Part shown: positions 1 through 12,665 of the stretch, piece by piece | How positions within the stretch are numbered: the first letter of the stretch is position 1 | Layout: each line of letters begins with the position of its first letter | Source of the DNA: Camelus ferus | Lineage: Eukaryota | Reading direction: 5' to 3' | DNA length: 64,000 bases | NCBI RefSeq assembly: GCF_009834535.1 | Contig: NC_045696.1 | Location: forward strand, 104,720,001-104,784,000 | The notes under the pieces: model-generated | What the model saw: the letters and a program-made list of their open reading frames with translations, nothing else | Database searches by the model: none | Told to the model about the DNA's origin: nothing | Position numbers and translations under genes: made by a program

Positions 1-119
1 TCATCCTGTTGATGGCTTCTCCATGCATCTTATGTTGACTCCAGGTAAGAAGTCAGCTCTGACCCAGGGAGAGATGGCCATTTGGGTGAGTAAGACTTTT
101 CTTGGTCAACCTGACTGCA

Positions 120-365
120 ACTCAGCAGTGGACAGTGGTTAAGAGGAAAGATTTTCAAGCCAGACTCCCTGAGCTTGATTCTTAACCCTGCTACTTCTTA
201 AGTGTGTCTGCTTTGAGTAAGTTATTTCCTTTCTCTGGGTCTCGGTGTTCCCATCTCTACAACTGGGATAAAAACAGCCGCATCTCTTAAGATTAATCTC
301 GGCAAGGATGAATACAAAAGCGATGTGAGGCAGTTACATGTAAGATCTGGTATGTGAGTGTTGGC
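120..365 (+). mobile_element. MIR SINE (decayed)
   Basis: MIR-like core: ctgctacttctta..gtgt..ctttgagtaagttatttcctttctctgggtctcggtgttcccatctctacaactgggataa. Confidence 0.75.
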
Positions 366-382
366 CACAGCCATTGTCATTC

Positions 383-714
383 CAGGTCTACATTTCCTAT
401 CCAAAATCTCTGAAGCCAAATGAGAAACAAAATTCAGATTTTTCTGGTGTTTAGGAAGGTAACATGATGTACCCAATTTATATTATGTTGCACTTCCTGT
501 GGGATTGAGGGCAGTATCTTACCAATGAAACATGTTAACATTTCTGTAGCTAAATATAGAAACATTTACATTAAGTGAGATAAATAAATATTATAAATAC
601 CTTTATATCATTTTAGTAGGATTTTTCCATCCAATGAGTTTTGGCATCAAACTTATGAAATGACTTCCAGTTTTCAAAGCTCTTTTGGGTTTCGGATAAA
701 GATGGGTTGACTTG
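383..714. mobile_element. TcMar-Tigger MITE, MER46C-like
   Basis: Ends caggtctacatttcctatcc... and ...ggataaagatgggttgacttg form degenerate TIRs. The interior resembles the recalled MER46C consensus. Confidence 0.65.
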
Positions 715-1984
715 TCTCCCCGGTACTACTGCAATGGCTTGCCAGTCTAAACCAGTCATGGCCCCTGCTTAACAGTTGGTCCCCTGGACAGAGTGCTTCC
801 TCTGAGTCATGTGGGCAGCCTGATGCAGTCATGGACCAACACGGGGGATGTAGTGAAAAGTGGTTCAAGAAATATCTTCTCAAGGCTCTGAAGTCCAGAG
901 ACGTGCTGGCAGCTGAGCAAGGCTGGGTGGGCTTCACATCCGTCCACTCACTTAGTAAACATTTACTGTGGACCTATGGTGTGCCAGGCCCCCTATGGCC
1001 AGAAGTCCACAGAGTCACAATGATCTAGAGTTGACAAGTGATGGCACACTTGGAGCCAGGCCAAGTGTTGTGCTGTGCACTTGACCTGTTCAGCAGACCG
1101 GATTCCTCCTTCCCTCCCTCCTGAGGCCTATGGAGGCTGCCCTGACTCTTTACCCAGGCCCAGGATTCCAGCTCTTAAAGTCTGAGAAATAACCCCTATA
1201 GGTTTCCTCATGCTCCATGAAAGAATATTTATCCTCAGCCCATAAAAGCATCAAGCAGGGTTACCTGCCAGCCCTAACGTTAGCTAGACTGGGACGCAGC
1301 TGCTCACTTGTCAGCATCTGCTCCCCCAAACTACGTGAAAATGCCACCAAGATGTCATTCTTTGCAGTAGAAGACTGAATGGACCAAGACCTGCCTATCC
1401 AGGACCACTTATTAAGCCTGCCCAGGGAGGCCTGGAGTCCTTGGGCCGTCATTGTGTTAAACAGAGGCCCAGAAGGTGGGCTTCTCCCCTGGGACCTCCT
1501 GTGGATATGGGGATCAGTGCCCACCCAGCATTGTGTCCTCCCCTCCTGAGCACAATCCTGTCATTCAAGACGTGCTCTGAGTTCTAGCTGCTGAGGAAGG
1601 AGCAGAAGAGGGGAGAGCCCACGGGAGACACTAAAGGCTGTGCTTGCAATCACAGTGACCTCCAGAATGGCCCTATTTTGGAGCCCCGAACTGTCCTGCT
1701 GTTTACTCTTAACTTCTGAAACTGATGCTACTTTGCTGTATCACACATAAGGGAACTGGGAAGTGGAGAGGGAAAGCAATGACCATGGTGGCCTAGGCTG
1801 TGATCCGGATCTACGAGAGACCCAGGCTTTAGACAAGAGACACAAGCCGGCATCCTTACACTCTGAGCCCCACGCTACTGGAGGCAGTGCACGCTGCTAA
1901 GATCAGAGGCACAAAAGGTCCTGTAATAGTGAAATACTTCCTGAGCCACCAACCTGGCTAAAGCCTTTTCTCATGAAAAGCACG

Positions 1985-2037
1985 AGCCAAACTGCACAAC
2001 ATTGTAAATCAACCATACTTCAATTAAAAAAAAAAAG
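1985..2037 (+). mobile_element. Very short L1 3' terminus with poly(A)
   Basis: acaacattgtaaatcaaccatacttcaattaaaaaaaaaaa, typical of a laurasiatherian L1 3' end. Confidence 0.65.
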
Positions 2038-2927
2038 AATGACCCAACCTGAAGACACAGCACTATCCACTGAAGAAACAAGCAGGGGAGAGGGTGCCCC
2101 GCTCCAGAATGTCCTGTCCAGGCCCTGTGAATGGTCTGGCCTTGCAGTGAAGATGGACACAACAAAATTTTAAAACGAATAAAAATAATAAAGTTGTGAG
2201 CTGTCTACCTTTTACTCCAAACTCTAACCTTGAATACACAATGGTCTGATTATATTTTTGCTTTTTTAAGAAGAAGACTCACTAGTCAGGTAAACATAGG
2301 CACATAGTCTTCTGTGTGTCTTGCTGGCCTTCTGGTTTTCACATCATCCTTGGTGTGTTCAGTGCAGTGAGGCAGCCTCTCGGTGTTGCACCGACTTCAG
2401 GGCACTGATAAATCCGAGTTTGGGGAGCTGCAGGGCAGGGGTCCCAGACCTGGCTGCTCTGTGAGTCTTGTAGACCCTGGATCCTAAGTCTCACCCAGGT
2501 GCCAGCCAACCTTCAGCACAGTTCAACATCAACCTCCTGCGGGGTGTAGGTGTCACTGGAATTCCCACGGTCTGCTAGTATTGGAATGAGACCCTCAGGG
2601 GCTCCAAATCTAGCCTCCTGGCATTCCATGTCTCAAGCAGTTTGCCCACATTCTGATGGGTTGTTTAGTTCTTAGCTGTAGACATACTCTGAGGAGTGTC
2701 TAGAGTGATACTTGAGAATTGAAGTCATAGGCAAATACTTAAGGATGGTAATCGTGAGCTTAAATTTACTATGCTTCTGAGTATCTATCATGTTTCAAGC
2801 CCATAAGAGCCCTCAAATGATATTATTAATTCATTCTTTCAGTAATAGAAAACACTTTTCAGCAACTGGTAAAGGCCCAACATTGTAGAGGTACAAAGAA
2901 CGAGGCTGGGCCTGTGGTTTCTGCTTT

Positions 2928-3702
2928 CTCTTTTAACTGAAGAATAGTTGATTTACAATGTTGTGTTAATGTCTGGTGTACAGCATAGTGATTCAGATAT
3001 GTATATATATTCCTTTTCATTGTAGGTCATTACAAAATATTGATTATAGTTCCCTGTGCTATACAGTAAGACCTTGTTATTTATCTATTTTATATATAAT
3101 AGTTAGTTATCTACAAATGCCAAACTCCCAATTTATCCCTTCCCATCCTCTTTCTCCCCTAGTAACCAAGTCTATCTCTGTTTTGTAAATAAGTTCATTT
3201 GTGTCATTTTTTTAAAATATTCTGCATATAGGTGATAATAATGTGGTATTTTTCTCTCTCTTTTTGGCTCACTTCATTTAGTATAACAATCTCCTGGTCT
3301 ATTCATGTTGCTGCAAATGACATTATGTTATTCTTTTTTATGGTTGAGTAGTATTCCACCATAAAAATATACCACAATTTTTTTATCCAGTCTTCTGTTG
3401 ACAGACATTTAGGCTGTTTCCATGTCTTGGCTATTGTAAATAGTGCTGCTATGAACATTGGGGTGTGAGTGCTTTTTAGAACTATAGTTTCCTCTGGATA
3501 TACACCCAGGAGTAGGATTGCTGGATCATAGGGTGAGCCTATTTCCAGTTTTTTAAGGAATCATCATACTGTTTTCCATAATGGCTGCACCAAACTACAT
3601 TCTCACCAGCAGTGTAGGAGGGTTCCTTTTTCCCGACATCCTCTCCAGCATTTATGGTTTGTGGAGTTTTTAATGATGGCCATTCTGACTGGTGTGAAGT
3701 GA
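2928..3702 (-). mobile_element. 5'-truncated L1 (ORF2 end plus 3' UTR) with TSD
   Basis: Antisense L1 text (ttgctgcaaatgacattatg, gtcttggctattgtaaatagtgctgctatgaacattggggtg). Flanked by a direct repeat with core ggtttctgcttt at 2916-2927 and 3708-3719. Confidence 0.9.
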
Positions 3703-4591
3703 CCCACGGTTTCTGCTTTGATGGGTTGTAACTTTGAAGTCAGACCCAGTATCGCATTAGGCTCATGTGTGTCCAGAGCCTGGCTAACTCCTCAACTGCC
3801 CCCTACTCTCCATCTGCTCTCAGTCTGGTCCCCTTACAGACCCTAACCAGCCAGTGCCTCTGTTTACTTTCTGCCCTTCCTGGCCCCAAGGGCCAAATCT
3901 ATTAATGCCGATAATAATACTGAATTCACCGGCTGGTTTTGAGGAGCCAAGGATACAGTGGAGGTGAACGTGCTGGGCATGCAGTCCTGGGCACCCAGAG
4001 GCATCTGTAAATATCATTCTCTTCCCCTTCCCTGGATGGAAACTGCCTCATCTCCATCACAAATCAGCACAAAATGATACTTGTTCTTGTTCTGTTCTTC
4101 CTCTTCTCTGAGTTCATGCATCAACTTTTGCTTTTGGATTTTCAATTAGCTGGAAAGCCTTATGGAAGCAGGCACCAGTGCTGCTCATGTGTCTTTGTGA
4201 TGTATTTCTACTGAAGACATTTCTACAGAGCTGAATGGAAATGGCTCTTGGCAAATTTGCCTCTGAATCTTCTTCATGAGTGATGGAGTTAATGGTAATA
4301 GACAAGGGAGGGGTGCCTGCTATTTTTCCTGGGCAAGGAGGCTTGGTTCCAAAGCTAAAGACATCTAGACCAATTTAAAGCTCGAATTGGAAACTGTAAA
4401 CTAATAACCATGGAGCTCAGGTGGGAAGACCACAGGCCAGATTCCACAAGTGGTCCTGATAATGTCCACAGTTCTGTTCTCCCAGGAAACCTGCGCTCCC
4501 TGCTCCCACCAGTGGTATAGGCTAGTGACCAACTACATCGTGACACTGAGGTACAGTATGATGAGCATGGTGAGATGGCGCCTGGAAGGTG

Positions 4592-4610
4592 GGTCCACCA
4601 GGGGGCGCTG
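4592..4610 (+). promoter_or_regulatory. CTCF binding motif (near consensus)
   Basis: ggtCCACCAGGGGGCGCtg matches the CTCF core CCACCAGGGGGCGC exactly. Several CpGs are retained nearby. Confidence 0.7.
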
Positions 4611-6134
4611 TGGGCAGGCAAGCCTGCAGGCCTCTAAAGACTCCTGCGATAGGACTAAGGACTCCTACGACAAGGTCTGTGCCTGTGCGGTGCTTAAAGC
4701 TGAACTGATGCAGTTGACTTTTTTCATCTGGATGTTATTTTCCTGGAGGCGGGGAAACCCTGAGAGGCAGGATACCACAGCGTCCAGAGCCCGACTGCCT
4801 GGTTCTAACACTAACAGATGTTGACAACATATCTGAGCGCTCTTGTCTTCCATTCTCCTATCTACAGAATGAGGGCAATAAAAGTGCACGCTTCCCCGGG
4901 TTGGAGTGATGCAGGATGAGTAAATATGGCCAAAGCTCTCGAACAGTGTGGAGCACAGAGTAAGTGGGAGGAGTGATAGTGACGATGCCATCTTTCGGAG
5001 ACATTCCTATATCCCACTGCCTGACATGGCACGTCTCCAGGGAGGTGTTGAGGTCAGCCAGGAAGCTTGGGAGAAGCCAGGCTTCCAAGCAGGTGCCTTC
5101 TTGCTGGCTGACTTCACCAAATAGATGTGTGGGAGCCCGGCTGCCCTGGTGCCAGAGCTGGGTCTACTGGCCAGTCTGGAAGCCTGGGCGCTGCTTTGCC
5201 ATCAAGGCATCACAGAGCTCCTTTCAGCAGTATTACCAGTCTCCAGGACACCAAGCTAGGACTTGCTCTGAATGAGGAGTGTGCAGCTCCATAAAACATG
5301 AGAAAACACATCAAGAAAGAGAATCCTAGAAACCAGATCGTTCTGAGATAAAAAGCCACCTTGTTTTCTTAAGGAGCTCTGAACTCTCTGAATTAAGGAA
5401 CTGTGGTTTGAAAGGTTACCTGTGGGAATCCTGGAGCTTTTAAAGCTCTGAGCTTTAATTAAAACTCACTCATGTGCAACTAATGTGTGAGCGCAGAGGT
5501 CCCCTGCGTGTTCGCTGGGAAGGCCGACCAGAGAAGGGCTTTGATGAGACGAGATGCTCCCAAGTCCTTGGCACGCATGGGAGGCCTGTGTGCCCCTGTC
5601 CATTCCCACTCTTTAGGAAAGGCTGTGCACAGCACTCTTCAAGGATGAATGCACCTGGGCACCTGAGCATCCATCATTCCTGCCGTTCATGTATGGTGGT
5701 TGCTGTGCTGGCACCCAGATGGGTCAGCGCATGGTTGGAGTTGACACTCCAATAATATTTATTTTTATTTTGATTTTTAAAATTAAAAAAAAAAAGATCC
5801 ATGCACCATCTACCATAATCTTGTGTGTGACCCAAACTCTGCCAATTGGGGTGTCTTGCTTTATTCCTCTCTTTTCACTCCATCACCTCTGCTCATGTTG
5901 TTCACTGAGATGGTTCAAATGATTATACCATTTAATCCTGCCTCACACGACAGTGCTTGTGAAGGCTGTTTCTATGTCCCTGTCCCCCTGGGGACTCCAC
6001 ATACTCCGTTATTAGAAACAAACTCAAGTCATCATTTTCCTCAGTGGATCCACCCCAAACACTATCTTTGCTCCAGGATTCAGGGGGCTTGGGGTATTTT
6101 GTAAAGTGGCCACCTGCCTTGAAACCTTTGGGGA

Positions 6135-6420
6135 GAAAGCTCCTAGGGGCTAAATTTGACCTACCCAGGGTTTTAAAAATTGTGAACTGGTTGCTGGTTT
6201 TTAAAATTCAGGAATGTTTTATGCATCAACTCAGACTCCTCTCAAAAATCAGGAGAGCTAGCAATCTGGGTCAACAATCCAACCAGGCAACAACTGCTGG
6301 GCCCTGCTTTCAGTCAGAGCAGGCCCTCTCCTGCTCACCCCGATCCCAGTGCCCTGCTAGCTTATACTCTGTCTCCTCACTCGTGTTCACATCCTGTTTG
6401 GTCCTGGGGTGGGTCTCTCC
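6135..6420 (+). mobile_element. hAT-Charlie MITE, MER102-like (decayed)
   Basis: gttttaaaaattgtgaactggttgctggtttttaaaattcagga...ctctcaaaaatcaggagagctagcaatctggg resembles the recalled MER102 consensus. Confidence 0.5.
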
Positions 6421-6759
6421 AACTCAAAAAGTAAGCACCAAATAAGTGAGCAAAGGTTTCTGAGTGCCTGGATTGCACTGAGAGCATCACCCCAGATCCC
6501 TAACGGCTTTGCAGCTAAGAGGATGTGTGAGGTTGCATCTGTGCTTACATAGCATGGATGAATACAGGCCAAACAGTAGCGAGTGCAATGAATCTGGAGA
6601 GTTTTGCTTCCAAATACTGGAATCTCTCAGCTGATAGGGGTGGCCATTTTTCCGACAAGAGCTGGGAAATTTCTGCTGATAGGAGCTTCAGTACATAGAC
6701 GTGTTTTCCAAAATAATAACTGTTATGTTTCTTATCAACATTTATTTAATTTTGCTTTT

Positions 6760-6974
6760 TCAAAATTTTTATAAATTTTTTAATTAAAGTATAGTCAGTT
6801 TACAATGTTGCATCAATTTCTGGGGTACAGCACAATGCTTCAGTCATACATGAACATACATGTATTCGTTTTCATATTCTTTTTCACCATAAGTTACTAC
6901 AAGATATTGAATATGGTTTCCTGTGCTATATAGTATGAACTTGTTTATCTATTTTGTACATATTAGACAATATC
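6760..6974 (-). mobile_element. Short young L1 3'-UTR fragment with TSD
   Basis: Reverse-complement similarity to 53760-53935. Flanks are tatttaattttgctttt (6743-6759) and tatttagttttgctttt (6975-6991). Confidence 0.85.
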
Positions 6975-8004
6975 TATTTAGTTTTGCTTTTATTTCCTGA
7001 TTTCCAGCTCCCTTGATGAGCTCTTGAAAAATGACCACAGGTCCTCTTCCTGGTCATCCCTCTGCTGGGGCAGATAGAAAGTGGATTAGTTCACATGTGC
7101 TGAGTCATTTATTAAGACTTTGGGGAAGATCTGCTTCCAGGGCCACACGAGTTGCTATGTGCTTTGGAGCTGAAGCAGAATATGGTTTGGTTTCATCCTT
7201 CCTTTCTGCTTTAGAGAACTTTTAAAATTTGAAAGCATAATTTCCAAGCTTCCTCTGCACTTGACATTTCTTAGTTTCATTTTCTAATCCAACAGTGAAC
7301 TTGCTTTCTAAGACAAATACAGTTTTTTTTTTTCCTCTACAAGCAACTGACTGGGAGAAAGCAAAGGTGAGGGAAGGATATCAGAAGAAATATGTCATGT
7401 GCCACCTACAAGTCCAAGGGCCACAACCCTCTCTCAAGACATCAACCATTTCTATTCCTTCCAGATCTTGAAAAGGTGCAGAAAATATCATAATCACATT
7501 GCAGAGCAAGGTTTATTTTTCTTTTTTGTATTTTCCTATTTTTAAAAATTTTTGCATGTACAAAGTAATTAACAAAACTGTTTTTTAATGGTGATGATTG
7601 AATGATGGTCAGTCTTTCTTGGATCTCAGTAAACCATGGAAAAGGTACCACTGTGGACCTGAATGAGGATGGAGTCTTAACTAAAAAAGTCAGTTCTCAG
7701 GGCAAGTTGTAAATCTTCTCCATGGACAGCCATCCTTGGGCAAAGTGGCTTAGTTTGCCTGGTCAAATTATTTTTGACAGAAGAAAGCATCCCCAGCCTT
7801 GGTGCAGAATTGAGTTTAGAAGAGTGAAATCACAACCTGTCCTTTTTAAAGGAACCTTTTCTCTGAGGACATAGAAACCAAACTGGCAGATGTAACAGAC
7901 CCTCAGCTCCAGCTAGAGCCAGCTCCTGGGGAATAGTGAAGTCAGCCAACTCTGACTTACACATCCCCTCCTTCCTTTGTAACCTGGTAATTAAGAAATT
8001 GCCC

Positions 8005-8205
8005 CCTGGAGTCAAACTGTTGGGATGCAAATCATGGCTTGACCATTTACTAGCAGTGTGACCTTGGGCAAATTACTTAACTTCTCTGGACCATGATTTC
8101 CTGACAGCACCTCCTGCATGGGTTTTTGTAAAGATTAAATGAGTTGGCACATGTAAATAAAGCCTTTATAATGAAGCCTGGCACATGGTAAACTCTTAAA
8201 TGTGT
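8005..8205 (+). mobile_element. MIR SINE
   Basis: catttactagcagtgtgaccttgggcaaattacttaacttctctg...gtaaagattaaatgag...cctggcacatggtaaactc. Confidence 0.8.
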
Positions 8206-8464
8206 CAAATTATCTGTCGATGTCCTTACTTACACTCCACCGTCAGTTGGTTACTCAGATTTTCTGACCTGGTGTTGGATTCATTGTCTGGGCATATCCC
8301 TCCCACTTCACTCCCATTACCATCAAAATTTAATATCTGCATGGAACGTTGAAGTTTATAAGATGCTCTTACAGCCTAAACCTCACATACGCTTCATCTC
8401 AACCTGGGGTATCATCCTCGTTCTGCCTGGCTGTCTTGGACAACTTAGCATCACTTTCTTTCCT

Positions 8465-8860
8465 CTATGTTTTGTCCTTTATCACAGTCCTGGGAACTGG
8501 ATTTCCTAGAATTCTAACAAGCGGTTGACAGATTTCTATCTTTGTGAGAGTATCAGTAGAGAAAGGCACACCTGGGAGAGTTTGAAGTTGGAGGAGAAGC
8601 AGAGCCCTATTGCTCCTGAAGCCATAGGGCAGCCACGCAGGCTCTCCAGCAGAGAGCAGATGGATGGAGTGATGCCAGAAGCACTGGGCATCCTCCGCTG
8701 GCACTGTGATTCCTGACTTCCTGAATGCTAGTGATGGCTTTCCCCCTCCTTCACCCTGCAGCTTCTCTAAAGACCTTATATCCTCTAATCCCCTCTATGA
8801 AATCCCTTCCTTTTAGAAATTGAGTGTTTCCCATTTTCCTGACCAAACCCAGACTGATGT
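8465..8860 (+). mobile_element. Ancient ERVL-type solo LTR (LTR16/LTR33-like)
   Basis: 3' part ...tgaaatcccttccttttagaaattgagtgtttcccattttcctgaccaaacccagactgatgta resembles ERVL LTR ends. Confidence 0.45.
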
Positions 8861-9429
8861 ACCTGCTTTACATTAGATAACACATATTAAGTATGTTCTA
8901 CATACCCAGCACTGCTTTAAGCTTTTCATACAAATTACCTATTAAATCATACAACAATGCAGTTTGAAAAGCAGTGCTATTTTCCTGATTTTTCAAATAT
9001 AAAAAAGTGGGGCACAGAGAGGTCACACTGCTTCTGCATGATTATTACTAAGCTCTCCTGACTCTTAGCGTACAGCATGTTTACTCTGTGCCTGGCATTG
9101 TTCTGAACGCCTACCTGAACAGTGGGTCTCAGGTTTCCCAAGGTAACAACACAGGTAGTTAAAAGCCAAGCAGGGATCTGTATGCCTTCCCACATCCAGT
9201 GTTTCTTTCTCTCAAACCTCTGATACCTCTTGCATGGAGACAACTTTATCAAGGTGATAAGGGCCGATAAACCATTATGGTTAAAGGCTAAGTTCTGCAG
9301 CTAAGAACGAGTGGCCTGCCTCCTGTTCTACACGGTCCTTAGATTTTTGTCATGGAAATGGTTTTATTCAAAAAAAATGTGCCTGTAATGGCGGGTCTGG
9401 AGGCCCAGGGAGAGTTTGTTATTGTCATA

Positions 9430-9562
9430 CAAGGAAGAAGTCGGGGGAAATGAGAGAAGGAGAGAGGGAGTGAAGAGAAGAGGAAGTGAATGTGTAAGAG
9501 GGGTGAAGAGTAAGGGGAGGACGAGGTCAGAGGAGGAAGAGGGAGGAAGAAGGAAGGCAAAG
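9430..9562 (+). repeat. GA-rich low-complexity polypurine tract
   Basis: About 130 bp almost all G/A (gagagaaggagagagggagtgaagagaagaggaag...). Confidence 0.85.
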
Positions 9563-11734
9563 TGATGGGCAACTTTTCTGAACATCATGCCTACCAGCCA
9601 CACAGAAGAGCCAGGGCAGAGAAGAGCATCTTCCTACTCCCTATTACTACCAGGGGATCCAAGTCCCCGTCCCTGCAAGGGCTAAGTGCAGTCACTAAAA
9701 TATTCATCCCTCTGCCCTAGATTTACATCATAATGTGCAACCCATAAGTGTTAGTTATTTTGGTTGCTTGATAAAACTTTGATACATTCTGATTAACACA
9801 CATATAATAAGTAGTCTAATTTATTACATTGTATAAAGACTTACAAAATATATGGCGTCTGTGCTTTTTCAAAGTGTAAGAAAACAGATAAGGCTTCAGA
9901 CAGTCAATGAAAGATGGCTTTCATTAAGTTATGCAGTTATTGAATTTCTCTCCCTGTGCTGTACTCTCCCTGGTCTCAAAGCTGTCTGCCACATGAGCAA
10001 TCACTTGGGGTGGGAATTCTTCCTCAATCTCTGGATGTGATCCTTGAAAATACGACTTGAATAATTGGGAAATTCTTTATTGAAGGCCTGCAAGCAATGA
10101 GGATAGGTGAGATAGAGGTCAGAGGAGCTGGTAAATGTTGTGCCGAGGCTATATGGAGAGGATGCCAACTTTGGCTCCCTGGGGCAGCTTGAAGCTAAAG
10201 AATATTAATCACCTACCCTGTGCTGGGCACTTTGAAAACCCTTTGGTTGGCATGTTAATCCTTCCTTTTTTTTTTTTAAATAATAGATGAGAAGGTTAAG
10301 GCTTGGACAACATTATCTAAGACAGACTTAGAATGGTTGTTTTTGGGGATGCCTTAAAGTCATTGTTCTACATTTTAGATTAGAACCATAAACCAAGCTG
10401 CCAGGCCAATTGAACTCTCCAGATCATTGAATTTTGAATGGATTGGCTCAAGGATGGGAATTAAACCTAGACCTTCAACCTCCTCTGGGGTCTGTGAGTT
10501 CCCTCTGTTCTCATATTCTTCTAGTAAATCCTCTTCTGTTTCAGTTAGCAGGATCTGTTTCTGTTGCTTGCAACCAAAGCATTCTGGCTGATACAGAACA
10601 GGACTGGGTTTAAGCCCTGATCTTCGTGAAGCCAACAATAAGTCTTGAAGTGAAGGGAATGAGACTCTCCCCTCCTGCTCATCCCACTAGGGACCCTATA
10701 TTCACATCACGAGGTCAGACCTTGGACTAGGTGGACAAGAGTAGACGAGGCATTCTCCTGGACCAAACAGAGAACAGCTATGCCCCAGGACAGTGCACCT
10801 GTCCCGTATTCAGGGCAGCTCTGGGTCTGCCTGCCTAAGCCCAAGGGGCCAGGTGCTCCTCACCTTACCCTGATAAGAATCAGCAGGCATCCCTAATCCC
10901 TAGTTTCCTTATAATTGGCTTCCTGCACAGCTCACACCAAGCAAAATGGTCTGGGGGAGAGATTATGCTCTCTGTCCCCTTGGTGCACTGGTCTTTTTTT
11001 CCTAAGGGCACTCAGCATCCTCTTGTTGCCCTCTGTGCCTGCCCAGATCTGCATTCCAGGAGAACAGGTCTCACGCAAGGTCATTCCAGTGCCCATTCCC
11101 AGTCTGATCCAAATCTACTCCTGCCTCCTCTTTCCTTGGGGCCAGAAGCTAAGCAGATACTAGACATTAACAGAAGTATGGTGGTAAGATAAAGGGAGAG
11201 GACTATCCCATGGAGCCCAGGGATGGTCAGGCTTTATCTAGTGTGCTGCATGCCCTCCTAAGAGTGACACTTTGAGAGAGGATTTTCCAAACTGGGTGCA
11301 TTAGGAGGCTGCCTGATGTTCATAGGGTCTAGAAACCAAATGCAAAGACTCTGACAAAAGATTAAGAAGAATTGTTAATGGGAGACACGCCAGTTCCCAT
11401 CACACATTCAGAGGGCAAGTGTGGGGAGGAGGAGAAGGTATACTTTGTGGTTGAGTTTCCCGTGGACAAAAGTAGGAAAGAAGGGTGGGAATTAAAAGGG
11501 GGAAGATTTTGGTTCACTGTGGGAACAAATGCTCTAATTAGGGTTGCCTTCCCTGGTACTAAGCAATCTGTTCCTTTAAGTATCTGAGCAAGGGAGAGAG
11601 AGGTCAGCACACGGATACTGTTGGAAGGACTCCAGGCTCCAGAGGAGAAGACACGATCATGTGGTCCCTAAAGTCCCTCTCTCTTGAACATTCCAGGATT
11701 ATAGTGTACTTAACTGTTGATGGACAATGGGGGA

Positions 11735-11990
11735 GTAACTAAATAAACTGTTCTATCCACATTCAGAAATCTTGACAAACTCTAAAAAGAATGAATCAGA
11801 GCTAAGTGTGCTAACACAGGACCAAATTTACAACCTATTGTAAATTTGAAAAAGCAAGCTGCAAAGAGGTATTTCCATATAACATAGTACATTTTGGAGG
11901 GTATGTGGGTACATGAATACAAACATGCAAACACACACACACACGCAGAGGTCAGGAAAAATAACACAAAATATAGGGAGGAGCCTGGGA
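11735..11990 (+). mobile_element. Old L1 (L1ME-like) 3' fragment containing a short (CA)n
   Basis: taaataaactgttctatccacattcagaaat...aaagcaagctgcaaagagg...; acacacacacacac at about 11931-11944. Confidence 0.5.
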
Positions 11991-12177
11991 CTGGAACTGG
12001 TTGTAAGAGAGTTTAGCCTCATTCACCATGTTTCTCTTCTTTCTTCTTTTTATTTGTTTAAACAAGGAGACTATATTAATGTGCTGCTTCTGGTATTAAA
12101 AATGAAAGGAAAAGTGCTGATGGTTATGAGGCTATTTCTCCCTGGTAGGGAATCTGAAGTTTAATGTTGACTGATGG

Positions 12178-12665
12178 TTGATTCATTCATTCATCAATAG
12201 CCTTTGAGTGCCCCCTGCGCACCCTCACTGTAAGGAGACGGGGTGGTGGAAAGACAGACAGAGTTCTCCCCCTTAAAGTGGGGGTAGAGGAACCAACCGG
12301 GGACTGCAATAGAGCAGAGTGTGAGGAGCACACAGTCCAGGCAGGAAGCATCAGGAGAAGCTTCTCAGAGCCCGAGGGCTGAGGCCAGGGGCGGGGGATC
12401 TTAGAGTCGGGCATGAGAATTCTCGGCACAAGCCGTGCAGAAGGGTGGCCTATTTGAGAACATGAAACAAGTGTGTTATAGCTGCTGGGGTGGTGGGGGG
12501 TGGGAGGGACAGAGATAGATGAAGCTAAAGATAGAGGCAGAAGGCAGATCCTAGAAGGACTTAGGGGTCATGTTCCAGAGTTTAGACTTTAGCCTAAATC
12601 CGTAGGGAGTCATTGAAAAATTATAAGCAGATGAGAGGTTAACTTCAGGCTAGTTAAAGGAAGTT
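12178..12665 (-). mobile_element. L2 LINE fragment
   Basis: Begins with the (ttca)n L2 tail. Later reads ggcagatcctagaaggacttaggggtcatgttccagagtttagacttt...gggagtcattgaaaaattataagcag. Confidence 0.7.

Noticed and set aside
4450..4824. 124-aa ORF as a possible processed pseudogene
   Set aside because: No protein recognised, and no poly(A) or TSD. The local CpG richness is better explained by the CTCF site.
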